This document shows, piece after piece, positions 36,525 through 44,292 of a DNA stretch of 64,000 bases. The position numbers and the translations under genes were made by a program. Position 1 is the first letter of the stretch, and each line of letters begins with the position of its first letter. This DNA comes from Patescibacteria group bacterium. GTDB lineage: Bacteria; Patescibacteriota; Microgenomatia; UBA8517. The stretch covers positions 375 to 64,374 of the forward strand of contig JALHYA010000010.1 of the NCBI GenBank assembly GCA_022868165.1, read 5' to 3'. The notes below the pieces were generated by a model that was given only the letters and a program-made list of their open reading frames with translations, was not told where the DNA came from and did not search any database.

Positions 36525-37451
36525 ATGAACAAACTACTTATCCTGATGGATAGAATTGGGCCTACGACCGAAACGCTTGCCGAATATGTTGGGCGTAATC
36601 TCGGAACCGATTCGCAGCTGGTTTTGGCCCGTTTTTCGGATCTTTTATTCGAACTTCAAGTGGGTAAGTGTAATGTATGGGTTGACGGCACCGGTATTAG
36701 GGAATTTAATCTTGTTTACTTCCGTAGGGTGGGACACGGGTTTCTTTCCACGGCAGGAACTCTTGCTTTGTGTCTTGATAATTTGGGTATAAAATATTTT
36801 GATACGAAATTTAGAGATATAGGCCCTGCGGGAGATAAATTTACTGCACTTACAAAATTGGGAATCGGGGGAATTTCCGTTCCTCACACAATGTATTTGT
36901 GGAAAAAAAACATTTCGGAACACAAGGGAGAAATATTAAAAAGATTGGGAAGCCCGGTTATTGCCAAGGATTATGCAAGCCAAAGGAATACAAAGATATT
37001 TATCTTGAAGGACACAAAAGATTTTGAACAATTAAAATCGGTAAAAATGGAAGAGCGGGAGGCGCAATTTCTTTTCCAGGAATTTATCGATATTGATAAA
37101 GAATTCAGGCTTCTGGTCATGGGAGATAAGGTGGCGGTAGTTCATACAAAAGCGGTTAGAGATTATACGGGTTTCCAGGTAGTGGATAATACGCCTTCGG
37201 ATAATTATGTCTTTATTGACCCCAAAGAAATTCCGGACCAGCTCAAAAAGCTGGCCGTTGCGGCAGCAAAAACTTTGGGAGTGGAAGTGGCCGGCGTAGA
37301 TGCGGCTATAGAGAAAAAGACCGGTAAAAGCTATATTCTTGAGGATAACCGCGGTCCGGGTTTTTTGCACGATCCCGCCAGGTCTCCGGAATTACCCGAA
37401 CTCGCAAAATTTTTTGCGAAAGAGCTTCGAAGCCCAAAATGGTTAAAATAA
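36525..37451 (+). CDS. Second RimK-like ATP-grasp ligase.
   Basis: 'GSPVIAKDYASQRNTKIFIL', 'LFQEFID...FRLLVMGDKVAVV' and 'VAGVDAAIEKKTGKSYILEDNRGPGF' are ATP-grasp signatures. Confidence 0.75.
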   Translation: MNKLLILMDRIGPTTETLAEYVGRNLGTDSQLVLARFSDLLFELQVGKCNVWVDGTGIREFNLVYFRRVGHGFLSTAGTLALCLDNLGIKYFDTKFRDIGPAGDKFTALTKLGIGGISVPHTMYLWKKNISEHKGEILKRLGSPVIAKDYASQRNTKIFILKDTKDFEQLKSVKMEEREAQFLFQEFIDIDKEFRLLVMGDKVAVVHTKAVRDYTGFQVVDNTPSDNYVFIDPKEIPDQLKKLAVAAAKTLGVEVAGVDAAIEKKTGKSYILEDNRGPGFLHDPARSPELPELAKFFAKELRSPKWLK

Positions 37452-37921
37452 CCAAGCTTAAAGAGGAAGAAGCAGGTATTTTTAGAAAACTCCTTTTGAA
37501 GATATTTATTGAAAGCTTTAGTTACTATCCTTTACGGGCCCAAAAGTTCAACAAAAGATACTGGAGTGTCGGACGGCTTACCCAATATAGTCATAAAAAG
37601 ATCATTTTATTGCTTTTGGCAAGAGAAGCTTCCTTGCCGGTAGGGCTATTAATCGGGAAGTATTATTCCTCGGGAAAGTCTTCAATTCTTTGGTTGGGGG
37701 TATTAATTACCCATAGAGGAAAAGGGATTGGCGCAAAGTTGGTGAAGCACTGGGAGGAGTGGGCGAAGGCCAAAGGCGTACACACATTTAGGACTTCCAC
37801 GGCCGATTTTCAAAACGAAAAGTTTTATAGCAAACTCGGTTTTACAAAATCGCCGGGTTTCGAAATGGATGATTGGGGCATGAAGAAGATGGTTTTTATT
37901 AAAAAAGAATACCATGGATAA
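37439..37921 (+). CDS. GNAT-family N-acetyltransferase.
   Basis: 'LGVLITHRGKGIGAKLVKHWEEWAKAKGV' is motif A (R-x-x-G-x-G/A). Overlaps both neighbouring genes. Confidence 0.7.
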   Translation: MVKITKLKEEEAGIFRKLLLKIFIESFSYYPLRAQKFNKRYWSVGRLTQYSHKKIILLLLAREASLPVGLLIGKYYSSGKSSILWLGVLITHRGKGIGAKLVKHWEEWAKAKGVHTFRTSTADFQNEKFYSKLGFTKSPGFEMDDWGMKKMVFIKKEYHG

Positions 37922-39737
37922 TATGGAGCAAGAATTAACTCCGGCCTACCCTTATCCTTTAAGGTCATCTGAAATTATTAATCGGATAAACTTATCAAGT
38001 TTAACCCCCGAAGTAACCCTCTCAGATGGAGAAAGGAAGGGATTGTTCGATTTTGAGCAGCCGCTTTTTGAACAACTCAAAGCATTAAAAGATATATCCG
38101 TTTCGGGCCATGTTATCTACCCTGCCGCTTTTACAACCGAAAAAGGCAAAAGCTTATTTCAGGCCACATATTTGGATACTGGCCTGGAGCAAAAGATAAA
38201 AGATAAAGCGCAAAGCTTGGGTTTAAATTGGGATGATGAAAAAGAACAAAGGGTGGCTTGCGAACAATTCTTTGATGAACTAGAAAAAGATATTGAGACC
38301 GTGAGTGAAGGACCAAGACTTGGAGAGGTTGACGAAGAAAACATTAAGCTTTTATCTTCCGAAGCAGACTTAACGAAAATTCCCGAAAGAATCAGAGAAA
38401 GATTAGGTATTTGGAGTGCCAAGTGGGCAAAAAAAGAGTTTAAAAGGCGTTTTCTAGAGGCAGCCGGAAAATTGGAAGATTTACCCAATCCTGCCAGAAT
38501 CTCAAGGGCAGTTGAATTGGAAGATTTTAAGAAAAAAGAAGAGGGCCTGCGTAGGCTGAAAAAAGACATAAAGGGAATAAAATCTTCTAAGGAGGCCGGG
38601 TTGCCATTGGAAAAAGCGGAAGTCGAAGTATGCAATCTTTACATTCGATACATAAACGTTTTAATCGCCAGTTTATACCCCTATAAAAAAATTGAGAGCG
38701 GCATTACACCTCGCTCTATGGAAAGAATCGACCATTTTTTGAGCGGAGTCGGACTTCAGTTTGGAGAAAACGGTCTTTTACAAACTATTCCGGAGCATCT
38801 TGCAAATTATGCCAAAAAACGTTTGGCCGAAATGTCCGAGATTTCTGAGACAGCGGAATACCAAAAATACAACTCTTTTCGGCTTAACGCTCCGCAGGTT
38901 AAGATTTTGGCAGAAAAGATTCTTGACGGATATGGTCTGAAAAAAAAAGGTTGGGAGGCTGTTGTTCTGGAAAGACAGGGGGGGTTGGCAGTAGAATTTG
39001 ATTCGGAAAAGAATACCCGCGAGGTCAAAATTCCCAGAAGTTTCAAAAGCGGCCTGGCGCGCACTTTGCCGCTTTTGGCCCACGAAATTGAAGGACATGT
39101 TCTGCGATATGCGAATAAGGAAGATGCTGCCGGTGGGCTTCGAATCATCCAAGAATTATCTACCGGAAGAGGAAGTATTTTGTCCGAAGGAGCGGCAATG
39201 TGGATGGAAGATGCAACAAAAAAGGAAATGTTTGGGATGGCAGACCCCGCACTTCCTTATTATTGGCTTGCTTCGTCGATAAAAGCTAAGGGCGGAAGTT
39301 TTAAGGATTGTTTTTATGCCTCCCTTCAGGAAAGAGCAAAAGTCGTGCATAATATGACGGTTGAAGAACTGATGAAAGATAGGGAGAAATTTGACAAAGA
39401 ATTTAGTAAGGCTTATTCAAGTACCTTAAGAATTTTTGGAAGATTTACCGACCTTGACGATACCAGCGGATATATTGCCATATCCGACCCGCTGGATTAT
39501 TTGGAACAAGAATTGGTTGTAGAATTTTTAATGAGTCAAAATTCCGGGGATTTTCAAAAGCTTCTTTTTGTGGCCGGCATTGATTTATATTCTGTTGAAT
39601 CTCTGGCGAAAATAAACCTTTTGGATTTAAAAAACGTTAAACAGCCGCTAATGTTTGTTGCCCGGGATCTTTGGCCAAAAATTAAATCCCGCCTTGATGA
39701 GGGACAAAATTTAGAAACAGCAATCGCTTCGATCTAA
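37914..39737 (+). CDS. 607-aa putative zincin metallopeptidase, DUF1704/'QEGLA'-like.
   Basis: 'LPLLAHEIEGHVLRYAN' carries HExxH. 'ILSEGAAMWMED' resembles the QEGLA motif of TIGR02421-type proteins. That family is reported as the genomic partner of alpha-L-glutamate-ligase-like ATP-grasp genes. Confidence 0.55.
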   Translation: MDNMEQELTPAYPYPLRSSEIINRINLSSLTPEVTLSDGERKGLFDFEQPLFEQLKALKDISVSGHVIYPAAFTTEKGKSLFQATYLDTGLEQKIKDKAQSLGLNWDDEKEQRVACEQFFDELEKDIETVSEGPRLGEVDEENIKLLSSEADLTKIPERIRERLGIWSAKWAKKEFKRRFLEAAGKLEDLPNPARISRAVELEDFKKKEEGLRRLKKDIKGIKSSKEAGLPLEKAEVEVCNLYIRYINVLIASLYPYKKIESGITPRSMERIDHFLSGVGLQFGENGLLQTIPEHLANYAKKRLAEMSEISETAEYQKYNSFRLNAPQVKILAEKILDGYGLKKKGWEAVVLERQGGLAVEFDSEKNTREVKIPRSFKSGLARTLPLLAHEIEGHVLRYANKEDAAGGLRIIQELSTGRGSILSEGAAMWMEDATKKEMFGMADPALPYYWLASSIKAKGGSFKDCFYASLQERAKVVHNMTVEELMKDREKFDKEFSKAYSSTLRIFGRFTDLDDTSGYIAISDPLDYLEQELVVEFLMSQNSGDFQKLLFVAGIDLYSVESLAKINLLDLKNVKQPLMFVARDLWPKIKSRLDEGQNLETAIASI

Positions 39738-39820
39738 ATTGCCAACCAAGCTGATATAATACCCCTACTGGCTCTTTGGCAGACAAATCTCAATAACTCC
39801 ACTTAGAGAGGAGGAGTCTC

Positions 39821-40129
39821 ATGAATCGTGACGAAGAAGATCCCGTTCGGTACGTAGTGGACAATCGGCATGTCCGCCTTGCGGCGGTCCTTGTAGTTCT
39901 AGGGGCGCTGCTCTTGTCTATCGCTACCATCGCCTTTACCAATGGAAGGCCACTGGTGTAGGGATTTTTCTTTCTGGCCGGACTTTGCTTGGCTTCTCTG
40001 GGGCTGTTCTTCAGACCCGGGGAACATACTCGGAGAGCGAGTGGCTTCCTTTTCGGAACGTATCTTGCTTCCGGAGTGGGAGCTCTAGTTCTTCTGGTAT
40101 ATGCCGGAGTCCGAAATCTCCTTCACTGA
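39821..40129 (+). CDS. Small membrane-protein ORF (strong SD GAGGAGG, then ATG at 39821) interrupted by an in-frame TAG at 39959-39961. The same frame continues to TGA at 40127-40129, encoding two or three more hydrophobic helices.
   Basis: Manual translation: MNRDEEDPVRYVVDNRHVRLAAVLVVLGALLLSIATIAFTNGRPLV*GFFFLAGLCLASLGLFFRPGEHTRRASGFLFGTYLASGVGALVLLVYAGVRNLLH*. Confidence 0.3.
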
Positions 40130-40142
40130 TGGAGAAAGGAGC

Positions 40143-40188
40143 ACAAAAGGTGCGCGGAGAAATCCGTCAAAAGATTGCTTCGCGCACC
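40143..40188 (-). terminator. Rho-independent terminator downstream of rplL.
   Basis: Minus-strand RNA GGUGCGCG...CGCGCACC stem followed by UUUUGU. Confidence 0.55.
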
Positions 40189-40201
40189 AAGTTTTTTAAA
40201 A

Positions 40202-40627
40202 TTACTTCAATTCAACCGTTGCTCCGGCTGCCTTGAGTTTGTCGGCTGCCGACTTTGCATCTTCAGCTTTAGCGTCCTTTAGAATTTCTGCAGGAACCTG
40301 CTCTGTCATATCCTTAGCCTCTTTGAGTCCCAAATTGGGATTAATCTCGCGAAGCGCTTTAATAACTGCAATTTTATTTGCTCCGCCATTAGTCATAATA
40401 ACCGTCTGAACAGCGGCCCCACCTGCGGCTTGGCCGCCTGCTGCCGGTGTTTCTCCGGCTGCCGGTGCGGCTGTTGCTGGAGCTGCCACTGGGGCAACCG
40501 CGCTAACTCCGAGTTTTTCCTGGAGTGCACTTACCAAATCCGAAAGCTCCAAAACAGAGAGCTTGGAGATTTCTTCTACCAATTTTTCGACGCTGGCTGA
40601 TAATTTCTTTTCTGCCATTTTAATCAC
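40202..40627 (-). CDS. rplL: Ribosomal protein L7/L12.
   Basis: 'KLVEEISKLSVLELSDLVSALQEKLGV' and the C-terminal 'INPNLGLKEAKDMTEQVPAEILK'. Confidence 0.9.
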   Translation of the reverse strand: MIKMAEKKLSASVEKLVEEISKLSVLELSDLVSALQEKLGVSAVAPVAAPATAAPAAGETPAAGGQAAGGAAVQTVIMTNGGANKIAVIKALREINPNLGLKEAKDMTEQVPAEILKDAKAEDAKSAADKLKAAGATVELK

Positions 40628-41151
40628 CCCGCTTTCGCTTTGAGAACATAAAGAAGTTTCTGTAGATTTCCCTCTAAAACTCCGACCAAACCGTAAGAAG
40701 GGGACATAAGGGTTCCCAAAAGCTGACCCAAAAGAGCGTCCCTGCCGGGCAAAGTGGAAATTATTGCCAAAGATTCCGAGTCGTGGAAGCTTCCTTCTAA
40801 AATTCCGACTTTCATTTGTGGAACCTCAAATTCTTTTGCGAACTTGCCTATAACCTGAATCGGGGCGATTGGGTCCTGGCTGGCTATAACCAAGGCCGTT
40901 TGGCCGGTTAGAATGGAGTCTTTAAGAAGCTCCTCGTCGATTTCGGCTGCCTCACCGGCTCTTTTAAGAAGAGTATTTTTGACAACCAACATAGAAGCTC
41001 CGGCTTCCTTAAGGCGCTTTTTGAGCTCCTGCTGCATCTTAACTCCGAGCCCGGCATAGTTAACCAAGACGACCGACTTGGCGCCTTTCAGCTCCTCGGT
41101 TAGATTTTCTACAAATATTGCTTTTTCTGCCTTCTTCATGTTTTGTTTCAA
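40624..41151 (-). CDS. rplJ: Ribosomal protein L10.
   Basis: 175 aa. Position and L10-like sequence. ATGA overlap with rplL. Confidence 0.85.
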   Translation of the reverse strand: MKQNMKKAEKAIFVENLTEELKGAKSVVLVNYAGLGVKMQQELKKRLKEAGASMLVVKNTLLKRAGEAAEIDEELLKDSILTGQTALVIASQDPIAPIQVIGKFAKEFEVPQMKVGILEGSFHDSESLAIISTLPGRDALLGQLLGTLMSPSYGLVGVLEGNLQKLLYVLKAKAG

Positions 41152-41292
41152 TAAAAAAACGCCCCGAGGCGTTTTCTACTGTATGGCCTCGGCAAGACTT
41201 ACGCTGAAAGCGGCTTGCTGTCTTTGGACTTGTCCGTTACTCGGACGAAAGCGATTATAACAAAAAGACAAATGCGGAGTCAACGAGGAGAA

Positions 41293-41586
41293 TTACCTTC
41301 CTTCAACTATATCCTTAAGACTTCGTGTTTTTTTAAGCCTTTCTTGAATTTGTTGGGCTTGTTCGGCGGTTTGCTTCAAGGCAGTCTGCTCGGTCGTAAA
41401 CGGCTTTGTGGGCGCAGTACTTTCAAGCCTTTGTTGGGCTGCCCTTGCGGCCACTTGTTCTTGATAAGTAGGAGTTCTTTTTAGCGGCCCCGTCTTTACA
41501 CCGTGCTCTACATGTTTGGGCTCAAGTCTTGCTTGCTCGCGTTGCATCCAAGCCGGTTTTGGAATTTCGGCACCCGGTTCGCTCAT
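41293..41586 (-). CDS. Hypothetical Gln/Arg/Glu-rich protein.
   Basis: 97-aa ORF coupled (ATGA) to the upstream ORF. No recognisable motif. Confidence 0.4.
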   Translation of the reverse strand: MSEPGAEIPKPAWMQREQARLEPKHVEHGVKTGPLKRTPTYQEQVAARAAQQRLESTAPTKPFTTEQTALKQTAEQAQQIQERLKKTRSLKDIVEGR

Positions 41587-42029
41587 TTTGGTTGTCTCCT
41601 AAAAAGATTTCCTAAACGCTGAAGTAGTCCTTTTTTGGGCGCCTCCGGAGCGGAAAACCCGGCTGGCTGAGGCGGTCGAGAGAGGTTATACATAGTAGGC
41701 TCGGTGGCTTTTTGCTGCATGCGAACATCGACTTCTTCTTGAGCTTTAAGAATTCTTCTTAAAGGTTCGGCTCCGCCTTTAGCTTCAAGGTGCCCGACCG
41801 TAGTTACTTGAGGAGTAGTTGCAGGTTCCGGTACGGGTTGCCAATCCGGCTTGGGTGAAGGCTCGGTTATAAATGGCGGAACATGAGGGAGTTTGGCTTC
41901 ATCAAGAGCTTTTTTACGCGCTTCTTTGGTGGGATATTGTTTTTCGTTGGAAAGAAAACGCTCCTCGTAGGGGACTTCGTCTCCGGGGGCGGGTCCCGAA
42001 AGTTCGTTTGTATCTTGATCTTCGGCCAT
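41583..42029 (-). CDS. Hypothetical Pro-rich protein.
   Basis: 148-aa ORF with its own AT-rich promoter-like sequence (TAGAATATAGAATATAG) upstream. Low complexity. Confidence 0.45.
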   Translation of the reverse strand: MAEDQDTNELSGPAPGDEVPYEERFLSNEKQYPTKEARKKALDEAKLPHVPPFITEPSPKPDWQPVPEPATTPQVTTVGHLEAKGGAEPLRRILKAQEEVDVRMQQKATEPTMYNLSRPPQPAGFSAPEAPKKGLLQRLGNLFRRQPK

Positions 42030-42048
42030 AACTATATTCTATATTCTA

Positions 42049-42846
42049 TCAAACTTTGATTTTGATAGAAGGGCCCATCGAAGCTTTGACAAACGCTTTG
42101 ACAATTTGTTTACTTCCGCCAAAAGCCTTGAAAATCGCCTCGACATTTTCGGTTAGTTCGCTCTCTTTCTGACTTACCTTGCCGACGACGGTATGAATAA
42201 GCGGGGCTTCCTTTTCGGTTTTAATAGTTACACTATTCCTGGAAAATTCCTTGGCCTTTTTGATATCGGAAATTAATGTTCCGTTTTTGGGATTCGGCAT
42301 AAGCCCCTTGGGTCCCAAAATGCGGGCGAAAGGAACCAATTTCGGCATCATGTCCGCTGTTGCCAAAAGCACATCAAAGTCGATTTTACCTGCGGCGAGC
42401 TTTTTGACGGTATCTTCGTTAGCGACTTCGATTTTTTTCTCTTTTCCGGCGGAGTTGGGGAGAGCTACGTTGGCGCTGATTCCGATCTTTTTAACCAAGA
42501 GATGAAGCTCTACCGAGCCGTCAAACTTTGAATAAGAAGTTTCCTTTACAAGCTTAATTGCTTCTTCCAGTGGGTATAGGGAAGCGACTTTGACTTTGGC
42601 TTTTGCCTCCAAATATTTTTTGCCGCGGACTTTTGGCGCCTTTACCTTTTTTGCTTCTTCTTTTTCTGCTGGGGTTTCTTCGGGCAATGCTTCGGCCTCG
42701 ACTGTCTTTATTCTCTGGCCACCCTTAAGTCCGGCAAGATGAACCCGTTCGACTCGCTTCGCTCGCTCAGGGCCAAAGGCCTTCTTCCCGTGGAGTTTTT
42801 TCTCTTCGGCCTCCTCGCCTATAAAGGCTGTTTTAGTTTTTCCCAT
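42049..42846 (-). CDS. rplA: Ribosomal protein L1 with a Lys/Glu-rich N-terminal extension of about 60 aa.
   Basis: 'YSKFDGSVELHLLVKKIGISANVALPNSAGKEKKIEV' is an L1 signature. The extension 'KKVKAPKVRGKK' precedes the conserved core. Confidence 0.9.
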   Translation of the reverse strand: MGKTKTAFIGEEAEEKKLHGKKAFGPERAKRVERVHLAGLKGGQRIKTVEAEALPEETPAEKEEAKKVKAPKVRGKKYLEAKAKVKVASLYPLEEAIKLVKETSYSKFDGSVELHLLVKKIGISANVALPNSAGKEKKIEVANEDTVKKLAAGKIDFDVLLATADMMPKLVPFARILGPKGLMPNPKNGTLISDIKKAKEFSRNSVTIKTEKEAPLIHTVVGKVSQKESELTENVEAIFKAFGGSKQIVKAFVKASMGPSIKIKV

Positions 42847-43288
42847 TTTCTGTTTTTATTCCCATGGAGCGGGCTGTTCCGGCTACGATTTTCTTGGCTG
42901 CCTCCAAATCGGTGGTATTCAAATCCTTCATTTTCTCCTTGGCTATTTCGGTTACTTGCGCATCAGTGAGAGTTCCCGCCATCTCTTTGGGAGTATTTCC
43001 CGAGCCTTTTTCGAGCCCCAAAACTTTTTTAATCATGGCCGAAACCGGTGCCAGTTTCGTGACAAAATCGAACGTGCGGTCTTCATAAATGGTGATAACG
43101 GCCGGCACGATATTGCCCTTCATTTGTGCGGTTTTTTCGTTATATTGTTTAACGAAATCCATGATGGCAATTCCGTGCGGACCAAGAGCGGTTCCGACGG
43201 GCGGAGCCGGTGTTGCCTCTCCGGCGGGAAGATTAATTTTTATGACTGATTTAACCTTTTTAGCCATATCAATAACTAAATTGGTCAC
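42833..43288 (-). CDS. rplK: Ribosomal protein L11.
   Basis: 'KINLPAGEATPAPPVGTALGPHGIAIMDFVKQYN'. Confidence 0.9.
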   Translation of the reverse strand: MTNLVIDMAKKVKSVIKINLPAGEATPAPPVGTALGPHGIAIMDFVKQYNEKTAQMKGNIVPAVITIYEDRTFDFVTKLAPVSAMIKKVLGLEKGSGNTPKEMAGTLTDAQVTEIAKEKMKDLNTTDLEAAKKIVAGTARSMGIKTENGKN

Positions 43289-43416
43289 AAGGTTCTGCGC
43301 ACTTGGCGCAGGTTCTTATGATTGATTTTACTTTCTTTGTTGCCATATTAAACCTTTTGAATTTGTAGGAAGTCCAGCTCAACCGGTGTTTTCCGCCAGA
43401 GGCGGACAGGCGCGGC

Positions 43417-44031
43417 TTAGACTTTCTGTATTTGTAGAAAATCTAATTCTACAGGTGTTTCCCTTCCAAATATACTTACCAAGACTTTTACTTTACCCTT
43501 TTCGTCATCAAGCTCGTGAATTGTTCCCAAAAAGTCCGAGAAAGGACCGTCCGTAATTTTGACGGCTTCTCCCACCGAAAACTTTGTCTTAAATCTCGGA
43601 GCGGGGGAAGAAACGAATTTTTGAATATTTGTTACTTCCGCTTCCGAAAGTGGGGTAGGTTTATTTCCCGCCCCGACAAATCCGGTAATTCCGGGAGTTG
43701 TGCGCACGGCGAGCCATGTCGGGTCGTCCAAAATCATCTTAACCAGTAGGTATCCGGGGAATATTTTCTCTTTGACCGTGGCTTTTTTACCCCCGCGGAT
43801 TATAACTCTATCCTGTGTGGGAACGAGAAGTTCGAAAATCTTACCCGTAAGATTCATTGTTTCGACTCTCTGGCGAAGTGTCTCCGAAACACGGGCTTCG
43901 TGTCCGGAAGCCGTATGAACTACATACCATTGGGCTTTCGGATCACTGGTTTCGGAAATAACGATGTGGCCGGGAATTTTCTTTTTCCCGGTTCCTCTTT
44001 CGTCAACTGCGGCGGGTGCGGTGTTATCCAT
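43417..44031 (-). CDS. nusG: Transcription antitermination factor NusG.
   Basis: 'WYVVHTASGHEARVSETLRQR' is the NGN domain; C-terminal KOW 'FSVGEAVKITDGPFSDFLGTIHELD'. Confidence 0.9.
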   Translation of the reverse strand: MDNTAPAAVDERGTGKKKIPGHIVISETSDPKAQWYVVHTASGHEARVSETLRQRVETMNLTGKIFELLVPTQDRVIIRGGKKATVKEKIFPGYLLVKMILDDPTWLAVRTTPGITGFVGAGNKPTPLSEAEVTNIQKFVSSPAPRFKTKFSVGEAVKITDGPFSDFLGTIHELDDEKGKVKVLVSIFGRETPVELDFLQIQKV

Positions 44032-44034
44032 TTG

Positions 44035-44238
44035 TTAGTGGCCCAGTAGGGTACTAAGAAGCCTGGTAAAAATAAAGTCCAACCCTCCAACATAAAGACC
44101 CACAATGACGGAGATAATAATAACCATCAAAGTGAGCTTAATTACTTCCTGCCTTTTAGGCCAGACGACCTTGGAAAGCTCTGTTCTTACCTCGCTTAAG
44201 TATCTAACTACGGGTCCCACGAGCTGAAATTGTAACAA
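44035..44238 (-). CDS. secE: Preprotein translocase subunit SecE.
   Basis: 67 aa. 'VRTELSKVVWPKRQEV' followed by a single TM helix, immediately upstream of nusG. Confidence 0.8.
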   Translation of the reverse strand: MLQFQLVGPVVRYLSEVRTELSKVVWPKRQEVIKLTLMVIIISVIVGLYVGGLDFIFTRLLSTLLGH

Positions 44239-44292
44239 AAAATGGCCGAAGAAACAAGGAATTCGCGTATATAGGGTATAATATCAGCTACG

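Noticed and set aside
39985-40236. 83-aa ORF 'MLGFSGAVLQTRGTYSESEW...'.
   Set aside because: It is the +1 frame of the hydrophobic small-ORF region and runs into the rplL terminator. Its Ser-rich translation is not protein-like. The in-frame TAG-interrupted membrane ORF explains the region better.
44239-44292. Expected tRNA-Trp upstream of secE, as in many bacteria.
   Set aside because: The 54-bp secE/ORF-44293 divergent spacer has no tRNA-like fold. tRNA-Trp is instead at 58781-58854.
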